DNA of 64,000 bases from Octopus vulgaris (GCA_951406725.2 OX597823.1:72850001-72914000); one strand, 5' to 3'. Positions 42,201 through 54,228 are shown, counted from the stretch's first letter. Numbers and translations: made by a program. The notes: a model not told the origin generated them from the letters alone.

Positions 42201-42935
42201 TCTGTGTTCTTCAGCAAATGCGAGATCTTCAGTTACTGTTGTTTTTTCGTTTTCCTGGCTATCTTTAACAGATACAGTAGAATTTCTTGTATCTTCAGGC
42301 CTTTGCGTACTTTGGTCAGATGGCAGTCTTTCAATTAAGCCTCGTGGCGGGCTATACTGTTCATCTGATTCTTCATTTCCTTTGTGTCTTATATTTATGT
42401 CATTTTCCGTTGCGTGCTTGATCGCGCTTATTTCACTGTCTGTGAGTCTGTTATTTCTAAGGATATCCCTCCTCACATTTGCTAATTTGTTCTCGTCCAA
42501 ATAGGGCCTACTGTCTTGATTCCGTGTTCTCCATATACTGTAAGAGTTTGCGGTGTGTCTCTCTTGAGATGGCCTACCTAATGCATAGTAATAAGCGTAT
42601 ATTACTTCTTTATACTCTTCTCGGGTCCATTTGTTCCGCTTACATTTTTCTTTCTGTGGTGGTTGTGGTGGTGAACTTGGAGGACTCGAGTTGGGGGATT
42701 TCCCGTTGAAGTGACCATCCATGTCCGTATTCGGAGAAGAGTTTGTGCCAGTTGATGACTTTTCGATCCCAGGCTGGCCCTTCCCTGGGGGACGCGCTTT
42801 CAGATTAACCATAGGACAAGCGATTTGGTATACTGATTTAGTTTTCCTTTTAGTTTCCAAAAACATTTTGGTGCTACGATAATGTTATCATTTTTTAGCT
42901 TTGATTGGCTCGCGGGGAGACGGCCATCATTGCCG
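39300..42935 (-). mobile_element. Near full-length, relatively young R4/Dong-clade non-LTR retrotransposon
   Basis: Single-ORF layout: N-terminal domain, RT, zinc knuckle, restriction-like endonuclease; A-rich/(AAT)n 3' end. Confidence 0.95.
39466..42866 (-). pseudogene. Disrupted R4/Dong polyprotein (RT + restriction-like endonuclease)
   Basis: ORFs 41550-42866 (KRNKWTREEY), 40730-41569 (NYRPITCL, WIDYKKAFDS, GIFQGDSLSP), 39928-40800 (CRFC..LISGC), 39466-39765 (IDMSIP, KLRKY); frameshifts near 41560 and 40795, stop at 39928, YMDD segment absent, PD changed to SD. Confidence 0.93.
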
Positions 42936-43260
42936 TTACAATTATAATCGTACCATTATAGCAGCCGTAGTCGGCTTATTATTGTTATCATCACCATTAC
43001 CATCACTATCATCATTATCACCACCATTACCATCATCATTATCATCATCACCATCACCATCACCACCATCATCATCAATGATATTGTTTTATGTGTTGTC
43101 ACAGCAGTATCTTATTATTGTTATTTTTGTTTTTTTATCATTATCACCATCACGGTAGTGTCTGTCTGTCTCGTTGGCTGGCTTGGTGGTTGGCTGGCTG
43201 ACTGTCTTCAAGTACCAGAGTTCTTGCCTGTCAAATAATACTTTCTTTGTGTTGGTTGAA

Positions 43261-43347
<87 letters not shown>

Positions 43348-43385
43348 CATTATTATTATTATTATTATTAGCATTATTATTATTA

Positions 43386-43432
<47 letters not shown>

Positions 43433-44165
43433 TTCGTCATCATATGCTTCTGGGACGTAAATAAAAGACTTGAATAAAGTAAAGACACTGGCGTTCAGTT
43501 TAGGAACTTCAAAGTAACAGACAACCGGATCGGCTCAAACAAGATATTTCCATTTACACATTACACAGGTGTGTGTGTGTGTGAATACGTACACTTGCAT
43601 ACACACACATAGAGATACACACACACAACCGCACATATATGGAGATAAATCTGTAGATAGATTAGGTAGACAGACAGATGTACACACAAACACACACACA
43701 CACACATATATATATATATGTGCGTGTGTGTGTGTATATGTATTTATGTATGTATTCATGTATACCTGTACCCCACATATAAATATGTGTGTACGTCGTA
43801 GTTCTTCCGGTGTACGCGCATATATGCATAAAAGCGTATTTATATGTATATGTACACGGTTAATGTCTGAAGGTGACCTCGGATATATGTGGTCTTCGTT
43901 TTCGAAAAAAATTGAATAAAATCAAACATTTTCATACTTCGACCAGAGTAATATGATCGATACCCAGACGATAACCATGCTATAAATCTTTAAAATTATA
44001 GCAAACTTTATATATATTACAATCGAAATAAATTTTGGTTTGTTTGCATTAGATAATAATTATTAAAATAGATATATATTGAAATTTCGAAGAATTCAGT
44101 AAAATTCCTCTAATATGCACTCACTATTCACTGCCATAATGCTATAGTATTACTTTTGAAGTATA

Positions 44166-44358
44166 AGGCAGAATCGTTAGCACGCCGGGCAAAATGCCTA
44201 ACGGTATTTCGTTCGCATTTATATTTTGAGTTCAAATTCAGCCGAGGTGGATTCGCTTCTCATCATTGCGGGGTAGATAAAAAAGTAGGGCAGTAGAATT
44301 GATAAAATCAACTTCGCTTCTCCACCTAAATTATCGGCCTTGCGTCAAAATTTTGAAC
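44166..44358 (+). mobile_element. SINE family 3 copy
   Basis: GGCAGAATCGTTAGCACGCCGGGC head, GAGTTCAAATTC B box, core. Confidence 0.75.
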
Positions 44359-44878
44359 AAGTATTGCTGATGAAGTTACAAGTCGATCAGATATCATTTA
44401 AATTGACTGAACTTTGTAGGAACAGAGGAGTTTATTTTCTATAGTATCAGTATGGTGTTTTACTTTAAAATTGTTGTTGCAGTCGTTATTGTCCAATTTG
44501 CTACATAATAATGAACATGAAAAATTTCTGCACTTCCTTGACAACAAATTTAAAACAATATGAGAGCATCAAACTCACTTATCGGCGAGAAATATATTAC
44601 ATATATTAATTCCTGATATTTAGACGTATTATTATTCTTATACTTTGTTTTGTTTTGCTTTTCATCATTACATTTATTTCTCGTCTTCTTTTCTATATTG
44701 TCTAAAGGGAATATATCACAAATCGAAATTTCTGTGCGTGCTAATTCCATTTATAATAAAGAACGATATCCCAATTAACGCATAACAATATAAATACACT
44801 ATACACTCAATAACTCAATTTCTTGGATATGTATCATACTTTTACACACAAACACACACACATATATATATGTTTATG

Positions 44879-44947
<69 letters not shown>

Positions 44948-45059
44948 ATATACATGCATACATACATATAATAAAAACATGTTACAAAAAGAATATAGAA
45001 GCTACACGTCGAAATATAAAGGGAAAGTAAGAAGAAAAATAAGCGAAAGTGTGCATTGG

Positions 45060-46651
45060 AAATAGAAAAATGTAAAGGATTTTTATGAAAAGTAACGATA
45101 GATATATACAATTATATGACCTGAGGTAGGAATAAAAGTAATAAAAATTATTTTTGTGAATTATTAAACAGATTCAAAAGCATACTGGTTTCGTAAAATT
45201 GTTGATCACTGATTACTGAACAGTGTCAGGTCTACTAGTCCGCGAATAAAAAGATTGTGTGAAGGGAGGTAAGTAGTTCTGGATTTGGTGCAATTAGTGT
45301 AGACACAGATCTGTAATGTGAATGGTGTATGGGATGAATGGGGGTTAGTGGTGTTAATTGAAAGGTTAGTAGTGTTCTGTATTGTGTTATGTGTTCATAT
45401 TGAGTTGTGGAATATATTTATTGATGAAAGTTGCCTCTTTATTAATTGTTTGTTGTATTGAGTTGTTCTGTGACCATTGATAAAAGGGGAAAATTAGGAA
45501 ATTAGGATTAAGGCTCCTAGCACATATTTCTAAGCGTTCACTGAGCTGTATCTGTCTGTGTTGTGAGTAGCGGATTTGTTCTTTATAGAGAGTTGTTCTT
45601 CGACGGTGTGATATTCCTGTTTGGCCAATATAATGATTACCACACACTAAGCATATAATGGCATAGATTAGATTTTTCGAGGTACTGGTCAAATTTGATT
45701 TGATCTTAAATATTTCACCTTGTTTAAAGTGGAACTCTGAACCCTCCACAATATGGGGGCATGTACCGCAGTTAGGTCGACCATATTTTTTCACTTTTGG
45801 TTCAGTTGTTCATGGAGATAGTCTTGCGCTGGTTAATTTTTTTTTTTTATGATTTCGGTTGCATTTTGCTTTTGATAATTTTGTGTGAGCTTAATATTTT
45901 GTTCATTGTTTTATCTCGTGTGAGGATGGGGAGATTTTGGATGATAATGTTGAAGGCTTTATTGTTTCTATGGTTATGTGTGGAGATGTATGGGAGTATT
46001 TTTAAGTCTGGTGTAGTATTTCTGATGACTTCTCTCAATGTTCGTATATCTATTTCCTTAGCTCGTTTAATGCCATCATTTATTACTGATATAGAGTAAT
46101 ATCTTGAATAGTATTGATCTGAATGTAGGAGTCTTCGTTCTCGGGTAGAGGTGTCCGAAACTATGGTACAGATTCTTTTCGCTAGATTAATATATATTTT
46201 AATTTTTATATGTTTTGGGTAGCCTGAGTTGAATAATAGGTATTGTTTAGAATCTGTGGGTTTATAGAAGATATCTGCTTCGATGTGGTTATTGACTATT
46301 TTAATTAGGATGTCAAGAAAGGGGAGGTGCTAATTGCTGTACTCCATGAGGAATTGTATGTTGCTAATAATATTGTTAAGCATTATTTTGGAATCGAGGC
46401 GTTTGTCCATACTGTCTTTCCAAATTATAAAGCAATCATCCAAATAGCTCTTCCAGTTCTCCTTTAAATGGCAATAGAATGGGATGCCATATTTTTGTTG
46501 TGATGATTGGTATATTTTAAGCTCTAGGTAACCCAATACAAGGTTCGCAATCACTGGAGAAGCTCGAGTTCCCATTGCAGTTCCACATTATTGTCGATGG
46601 TAAACTGTATCGAATATGAAATAGTTCTGCAGTAGGATGAATTTGAGTGCT
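45060..46651 (-). mobile_element. 5'-truncated Penelope-like element (Neptune-type layout): RT C-half, Cys linker, GIY-YIG, 3' terminal repeat
   Basis: GTAMGTR, YLDDCF, LPFLDI, FYKPTD, RPNCGTCPHI, NLIYAIICLVCGNHYIGQTG; stops and frameshifts. Confidence 0.92.
45179..45227 (-). ncRNA. Decayed hammerhead in the 3' terminal repeat of the Penelope-like element
   Basis: CTGTTCA-GTAA..TTAC-GAAA-C-CA-GTA; two core substitutions, but in the expected position downstream of GIY-YIG. Confidence 0.4.
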
Positions 46652-46715
46652 GTGTGTCTATGTATGTCTATATATGTGGATATATGTGTGTGTGTAACAC
46701 ACACATACACACATA

Positions 46716-47987
46716 CGAGGGACGTTCAATAAGTAATGCCTCTGACCGACTTGCCGTTGTTTGATCTAGCTGAAATTTTGCATGTGCAATCATTTATATC
46801 TCTATAGAGTGAGTGGCAACTTACAGCTCTGAATTAATTGTGGTTTCTGATTAACAGGTGTTTGAACCGAATCAAGTGTTAAATGGAGCCTGTTGAGTGT
46901 CGAGCAGTGATCCGGTTTTTGTATTTGAAAGGACGCACACCACGGGAGACTTTTGATGAAATGAAAGTAACTTATGGTGATGATGCCCCATCATATGACC
47001 TTGTAAAACGCTGGCATCGTGAATTCAAACATGGTCGGAACTCTGTGGAAACAGCTCCCAGATCTGGTCGCCCCCTTCTGCCATTGATGAGGTATCTGTC
47101 CGTCAAGTTGAGGCTGCCATTTTGGAAGATCGACGCATAATTATTCGCCAAATAGCCCATGAGGTCAAGATTAGTACCGGGTCTGTGGAAACTATCATTC
47201 ATGACCATTTGCATATGAAAAAGGTGTCTGCCAGATGGATTCCCAGGTTGCTCACGCCTTTCCAGAAGCAAGAACGCGTCGAGTGCTCGAGGGTGAATTT
47301 GGAGATGTGCCAAGAAGATGAGTCAAAATTTTTCAAAAGACTGATTACACAGGATGAATCCTGGGTCCATCACGATGATCCAGAGACCAAAGCCCAGTCA
47401 ATGCAGTGGAAGCAGCGTGACTCACCCCCTCCAAAGAAGGCAAGGGTGCAGCCCTCCGCTGGCAAGGTCATGCTCACAGTCTTCTGGGACTAGGACGGAA
47501 TAGTGATGACAGATTTCCTGGCAAAGGGTACCACAATTACAGGAGCCTATTATGCTTCACTTTTGAGGAAATTAAGATAAGTTATCAAAATCAAGAGGCG
47601 GGGCAAGATCAGCAAAGGCATCCTCCTCCTGCAGGACAACGCTCCGGTCCACAACTCACCTGTCGCCAGATCAGAAGCACGGGCGTATGGCTACGAACTC
47701 CTCCCCATCCCCCCTAGTTTCCTGACCTTGCACTCTCTGATTTTCACCTCTTCCCAATCATGAAGTTGATTTTGAAAGGAAAGCGTTTCCCAGATGATGG
47801 AGGTTGGAGGTTGGAGGACCAAGCTGGGTTCTTCTACAAAAACGGTCTCCAGAGCCGCATCAAACGATGGGAGAAATGCGTAACTCTGGGTGGTTCCTAT
47901 GTAGAAAAAGACTAATAAGTGTGCCAAGTTTCGTTGCTCTACTGCTATGTGAAGTGGGTTAGGGGCATTACTTATTGAATGCACCTC

Positions 47988-47988
<1 letters not shown>
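46716..47988 (+). mobile_element. Full-length (1273 bp) mariner DNA transposon
   Basis: TIRs CGAGGGACGTTCAATAAGTAATGCC / GGCATTACTTATTGAATGCACCTCG, TA on both sides. Confidence 0.95.
46883..47915 (+). pseudogene. Mariner DD34D-type transposase with frameshifts and stops
   Basis: WIPRLL, ITQDESW, LLQDNAPVH, HPP*FPDLALSDFHLF, GSYVEKD*. Confidence 0.92.
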
Positions 47989-48030
<42 letters not shown>

Positions 48031-48618
48031 CATGTATGTATTATATGTATACACACACAAATATATACACACTGTGTGCGTATAGTTTTCGATATCTGTG
48101 CTCATATGTTACCACAAATATCCATATACATGCATAGACAACAGCACACACATGCACACATATACTGACTAGCATTGCTTTGTGAACATTAATATAGCAA
48201 AATACAACTTTCTATAAAAATGTCATGACCTGAATTTGACTGAACTCAAAACAAGAGCAAAATTCCCACAGCATCCCGGATTTAATTTCCCCACAACAAA
48301 TATGTTAACCCTCAGCATTATTATGGCGCTCTTCATTCTATCTTTCAATATCACATTCTCCCACACGACTACGTTCAAAGTGTACCTAAACCACACCCAA
48401 TTATCACTTCACACGGCTCCATCAACGTAGAAAAAAACGACTTACCAAAGGCTATATTGAGCTATAACGAACCCAATTATAACACAATTTCAGGAAGGCA
48501 AGCAAGCCATAACTACAAAGTCATTGTCGAAATATTTCTTCTGAAAGTTTCATAAACATAGACGCTTCTTTCAGTTTAATGATAAATTGCTTATATATAT
48601 CTGTACGTATGTATGATG

Positions 48619-48684
<66 letters not shown>

Positions 48685-49072
48685 TATGTGTGTGTGTATA
48701 TATATACGTATATATATCTGTACGTATGTATGATGTATATATATATGTGTGTGTATATATATACGTATATATATATATATATATATATATGAATATATGT
48801 ATTTGTGTACACCCGAGTAAAACATTATTACGTATATGTATATATGTATAAACTCACGCGTGTATACACGCACATACATACATATATTTCCAAATGACTA
48901 TATATGTAAACATGCACACACCCACGCGCACACACACACATATATATATATATATACATATTTTTACGTAGTTATAGATTTATATTTATATATTTATACA
49001 TATATATAGCTATATATATATTAATATATACATATATACATACTTATATACCTTTTTATATATACACACACA

Positions 49073-49113
<41 letters not shown>

Positions 49114-49127
49114 ATGTTTATATGTAT

Positions 49128-49158
<31 letters not shown>

Positions 49159-50129
49159 GTTATAGTTACAGATAGACAGAAAGACAGGCAGATAAATGCA
49201 TGCATAGATACATAGGAACATAGATAGATATATTGTATGTATGTATGTATGTATGTATGTACATACCTTTCTGTTATTGTTTTGTCTGATGAATAATAAC
49301 CGCCCTATGTTTTTTTTAATCTGAAAATGGTTTTCAGGTTGTAATTCCTATTTATCTTTAATATCATATCACTCAAGAAGTGCTATTTGTCACGTAAACA
49401 TTTGTTTGCTTAAGTAAAATAGGATTCGAGAAACACACACTGGAAATTCTATGAAAGTCATAACTCGTTTTTTATATTTTATAAATACACAATCTTTTCC
49501 ATCTAATTACGGTGCATATAACTTTCAATATTACAATGAAAATGTTGATATGCTCTTTTTATAATATATATATTTTATCATATCTATCTGAATATGTGTC
49601 CAACTTTAATTAGAATGTGTAATGTATATGTGTATGAATATTGCAAATATTATCTGGCACATTCAATTATGATATGTTTATAGAATGATATATTGCATGG
49701 GAAAGTAATCCCCAATATTCAGTTATTTAGAATGTTCCATTTAAGATAGATCCAATAAGAGCAAATACAATGTAAGAGAAAAAAGTGAAGAGAGATAAAA
49801 TTGTTTGAAGGATAAATTAATGTGATAGCATTAAAAGAATAACCAAACACATATATACACTCCTACACCCATTTTCACACAAAAAGACATGTATGCACTA
49901 ACGCACACATTACACCTCAAGTAAGTAATATAAAGCATCTTTCTCATTTCTTTCCAGAGCTACAACTGTCTATAATTCCATTATTTTTCTCGTATGTTAT
50001 GTTTTTACTACAGAATTTAAGCGATAAAAAGCAACCTGACCTCTGACTTCCAGTGCAGTTTCCATGCAGGATCCATTCTATAGTAAATGAAAAAGCAATG
50101 AATTGTTTTTCTTCATGACGTGAGTGACG

Positions 50130-50330
50130 GCAATGCTGGTGCTCCTGACGTCCTCACTACCTTCATCTTTAAGTCTAACCTGTGAAATTTATAGACAGGT
50201 TTCCTGCTAATAAGATCTTCAGGTTTACGTCAGACAACCACACCTCTGTGATTTGTAGCAGCCTCTATTTCCCGGTCACATTCATTCAAGTCGGGCAAAG
50301 TAAGGTTCAACTTTGTCACACTGACCCTTT
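50130..50330 (-). mobile_element. Possible ancient LINE APE-endonuclease remnant
   Basis: LLQITEVWLSD resembles the ITETWL motif, followed by KFHRLD; short and weak. Confidence 0.3.
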
Positions 50331-50399
50331 ATTTTGGATATCTCTCTTCCCATTGCTATATAGAAATGACAATACTCTTAACTTACCCACAATATTTTT

Positions 50400-51590
50400 C
50401 TAAGTCTAAGTAAAAAGAAGTTAACTGTGCTGAAATCATCACTAAAAACGCCTGTAGACATTTTTTTGAAAACGTTCAGTAAGGAATCCGATGCAACGAC
50501 CGAAGCGGGTTCCACTGTGTCATGGAATATTCCAGCGCTAAACGCCCACATCCTGATGCTGAATTTGTAAAGAATGTAGCTGACGTTGCTGTATTAAATC
50601 CAAATAATAATAAAAAACTTAAACAACCAATAGCACGAACACCAATTTCACGCCACTCAACAGAAAGGCGTATCTTTCAGATCAGTGGTGTTGTTGCAAG
50701 CAAAATGCATAATGTTTTGAAAAATTCCCTCGCATTCAGTTTAGTGATTAACGAAACGACTGACATACATGGGAACCCAAAAATAGCAGTATTTATTCAT
50801 TATGTTTCTTCTGAGGTATTTGTGGAAACAAAACGTCAGATTTGGGGAAATTAAAAGAAATAATTCCTGGTGTTCAGATTAAGAAAGAAGCGTTTGACAG
50901 ACCCTTAGCCAATACTGGTGTTCTCTTGAATAAAATTGGTAGTGTTGTAACCTTCTACAATGATGGGGGTGGAAATGCGGGATTAACAGCACGTATGAAA
51001 AGTGATCCCACCTTTCCAGTGTTTCTCCCTGTTCATCGAAGTGGAGGAGTGATGACTTAGTGTGTGGTTTCAATTCCAGGACCAAGCGACGCATTCTGTT
51101 CTTGCGAAGAACACTTCATTTCACGTTGCACAAGTCCACTCGAGTGGCACAAATGAATCATCCTTCAACGGAACAACGTCCCATCCAGGGGACGAATATA
51201 TGTGCCAGAGAAACCTGGAAACCGACCATATGAATTTGTATTATTCAAGAACGACATGTCCTTTATCCTGTTCATTGTAGTATTATTCATCGTGAACAAC
51301 TGGTAACCAGTTACATCTGTGCTTCAAATTGTAAATTCCATACGTTTAGTTAGGAAGACCATCCGATAATTCAGAAATATTACTGAAAAACTGGAATTTT
51401 AAGAATAACCTAGTGATATTTCTATATAATGCAGTGTGAGGTGCCTATCATCCAGTCATGTCGTGAGTAGGTTTGTGGGTCTGTTGTAGTCTATTATTAG
51501 TTTAAAAAACAAGCTTCTATCCTCAACTGATAAATGATGAATGGCTGTTAATCTGATGTTATTTACTGATATAATGAGGCATTATCGCTT
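50400..51590 (+). mobile_element. Decayed hAT (Charlie/Buster, GTF2IRD2-like) transposase
   Basis: PISRHSTERRI, FSLVINETTDI..IAVFIHYV, and PVHCSIIHREQL (CxxH-like) restored after removing the nested SINE. Confidence 0.8.
51039..51266 (+). mobile_element. SINE (family-1-related) nested in the hAT with an 11-bp TSD
   Basis: CCTGTTCATCG (51028-51038) / CCTGTTCATTG (51267-51277); centre CACTTCATTTCACGTTGC..AGTCCACTC. Confidence 0.75.
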
Positions 51591-51944
51591 ACGCACAAAA
51601 TGTATATGTAACATTTAAAACACACTTTTCTTTGAGTGATTTCATTCATAATACTACGGCCATGCTTCAGCACCAACTCCAGGAATTTAGTCTATTATAT
51701 CAATCCCAGTACTTATTGATTTCAAAGTTGCTATTTATTTTATCGATTTAAATTATGGAACATAAACACAGACATGGATTCAAATGCAAACACAGTGTAA
51801 ATTTTGAATATGTTTAGCGGCTCTTCAACATCTGATCTTAGCGGATTTAGCGAATACGTTAAGCAAGTTTGGCCACCTCTGGGTTATATAATCATCACAA
51901 TTCTTAAATATATCCGTTCAATGCGTAAATATTGCTCTGGCTCC

Positions 51945-52340
51945 AATATGCTTGGTATCGCAGCGACACCGCTTCAAGGAGTACACTCAAACCATAGTAC
52001 ACTAGAGATCCTATTCGGCACTCACCTAGAACGCCGCCCATAATACGTGGTTGAGACTTCAGCAAGGTCATCAAGGATACAACTATCATTGATATTGATG
52101 AAGCACCAATGACTATCAAGCCAGTTTATGAAGCAATGGTTCCCCCTTTTCAAGACGTTATGGCAGTTAATAACCCCATGAGTGGCATCCCCAAATTATT
52201 GTTTAGGGACTTCAAAAATATCCTTCATGTATTTGAAAGTGACACAATGTCCAACATCTTCAATATGAACCTGAAAACGTAGACGCTTTGCTGTCACATT
52301 ATTATCAGTAACTTGACTATTGACATGAGAAGCCACCAAA
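51945..52340 (+). mobile_element. Helitron PIF1-helicase remnant
   Basis: GIAATPLQG..HST, IDEAPM, PMSGIP.LLFRDFKNILHV, LTIDMR correspond to PIF1 motifs GIAATLL, DEAPM, GDFRQILPV, LTTNMR. Confidence 0.8.
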
Positions 52341-52769
52341 GTTAAATACTGTTACGGTTCTGATGAATATGAAACCATCAAAACAGGTGAATATATTATC
52401 TTTCGATTCCATGCTAACAACATTAAAGTCATAAACTTCTGCGATAGAGTTACTGTCATTCTGCCAATAATTCTACCGTCCAGAAAGTGAGATTACCTTC
52501 AAGTTTAAATTCTTTAAATTCTAAGAAAGCCGTAGTTTGCTATAAATCAGGTACAAGCACAGAATTTAAAGTGATCTCGTACGTTTCTTGTTGACAATTA
52601 TACATTTCAGCTCCTAGAACCCGAAATTTAGAGAGATTAATAAACACGGCTCCAGATTCACAAACGATATATATAATTGTACAGTTCTATATTTAAGATA
52701 TGAGTATTTATGTACATTATTTACATTATTTACATTACACGGATATTTGTCCTCATCTTGTTTGTTGTT

Positions 52770-52815
52770 AACACAATATTTCGGCTGATTTGCCTTCCAG
52801 CCTTCATCAGGTGTC
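52770..52815 (-). ncRNA. Type-I hammerhead ribozyme with intact core
   Basis: GACAC-CTGATGA-A-GGCTG-GAAGGCAAAT-CAGCC-GAA-ATAT-T-GTGTT: 5-bp stems I and II, palindromic loopless stem III. Confidence 0.8.
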
Positions 52816-52867
52816 TTTGGGGAATTTCGAACCTGAGTTCTCATTTCTAAGGTATTAATTATTTTAT

Positions 52868-52940
52868 CGGGCATATGGCGTAGTGGTTAAGAGCGCGAGC
52901 TACTAACGCTAAGATTCCGAGTTCGATTCCAAGCAGTGAC
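52868..52940 (+). mobile_element. tRNA-Thr-like SINE head (Pol III internal promoter) of a hammerhead-bearing element ending near 53204
   Basis: A box TGGCGTAGTGG 52876-52886, B box GAGTTCGATTCC 52919-52930; colinear with eukaryotic tRNA-Thr(AGU) but stems do not pair, so not a functional tRNA. Confidence 0.75.
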
Positions 52941-52968
52941 AATAACAATAATAATAATAATAATATTA

Positions 52969-53010
<42 letters not shown>

Positions 53011-53105
53011 TTTATTATGATAATAACAACAACAGCAACAACAACAACAACAACAACATCAAACAATACCTTAGGAATGAGAACCCCGGTTCGAAATTTC
53101 CTCGA

Positions 53106-53151
53106 GACGCCTGATGAAAGCTAGAGGGTATATCAGCCGAAACATTGTGAT
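53106..53151 (+). ncRNA. Second, more decayed hammerhead copy (inverted partner of 52770-52815)
   Basis: GACGC-CTGATGA-A-AGCTA-GAGGGTATAT-CAGCC-GAA-ACAT-T-GTGAT. Confidence 0.65.
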
Positions 53152-53679
53152 AACAACAAACAAGATGAGGAAAAATATCCGTCAAATGTAAATATTGTAA
53201 ATAATAACTATGATCTACCGAGATGTTTTATCAGATCGATACGCTTCTGAAACCAGTGAGTGGAGTTCAGATGTTCAGATATAATTTATTGATAATAACA
53301 TATAAGTTCAACATAGCTTAATTTTATTCTTAATTAGCCAAGAAGAAAAATCAACTTGTCGCTTAAGTATTTGACGGAGGTCAGTTAAAACAAGTTTGTA
53401 ACATATTTCATCTTTTGAAGGCAAATTCACTGCAGTTACAGTGGACAAAAATATCACACTTATTGTAAAAAGGTGTAAAACAAACACGAGATAGTGCTGC
53501 CCTCTGTCGGAATATCAGACGCGTTTCTAGCTCTTTAGGCGTTACCAATGGGAAATACCAACGCGTTATATATATATATATAACGGGAAAGTTTACGAAA
53601 ATAAACTAAAGATGAAGGCAGGTGGAGTACAAACAAACAAATGTATTAGTATAGCGCTCAAGAATAGAAATAGAGAAAG

Positions 53680-53717
53680 TCTTTTACGTTTCGAGCCTAC
53701 GCTCTTCGACAGAAAGA
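53680..53717 (-). ncRNA. Minimal hammerhead (A6U variant) in a (TA)n-flanked Penelope-type terminal repeat (53583-53778)
   Basis: TCTTT-CTGTCGA-A-GAGC-GTAG-GCTC-GAA-ACGT-A-AAAGA; all stems pair. Confidence 0.7.
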
Positions 53718-53898
53718 TACACAGAAAAAAACAAGGAGAGAAAAAAATGCGTGAAGGAGCTAACGATCTATCATGGCGTATATATATATATATATATATT
53801 GGTAAAAACGTTAAGATAACAAAAGAAAGAGACCTCAATATTATGTAAATAGAGGAAATTTATCTGTAAAATAATATGTGACAATAATTCAATAGCCA

Positions 53899-53961
53899 AG
53901 ATAAAACTCTGAGTTTCGGATGCCGAGGTAGAAATGAACAACACCATCTCTTCAGTTATCT
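53899..53961 (-). ncRNA. Type-I hammerhead with long stem II, left arm of a palindrome
   Basis: AGATAA-CTGAAGA-GATG..CATC-C-GAA-ACT-CAG-AGT-T-TTATCT: 6-bp stem I, 3-bp stem III, GUU site. Confidence 0.75.
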
Positions 53962-53969
53962 GGATGGCT

Positions 53970-54031
53970 AGATAACCGAAGAGATGGTGTTGTGGATTTC
54001 CACCTCGGCATTCGAAATTCAGAGTTTTATC
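53970..54031 (+). ncRNA. Inverted second copy of the same hammerhead (U4C)
   Basis: AGATAA-CCGAAGA-GATG..GTGG-ATTT-CCAC..CATT-C-GAA-ATTCAGAGT-T-TTATC. Confidence 0.65.
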
Positions 54032-54065
54032 ATGGCTATTGAATTATTGTCACATACTATTTTAA

Positions 54066-54228
<163 letters not shown>

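Noticed and set aside
42880-42935. HDV-like ribozyme at the 5' end of the young R4 copy (TCCCCGC, GCTAA)
   Set aside because: P2 and P4 missing and P3 mismatched; would need the family consensus
48447-49320. Additional minus-strand splice-site pairs (48447-48540, 49267-49320)
   Set aside because: Stops in the phase needed to join the candidate gene; they show that chance exon-like pairs are common here
52356-52385. CTGATGA-ATAT-GAAACCATC minizyme-like string
   Set aside because: No stem II, 2-bp stem I, lies at the edge of the Helitron remnant; likely chance
52868-52940. Functional tRNA gene
   Set aside because: Acceptor, anticodon and T stems do not pair; treated as a SINE head
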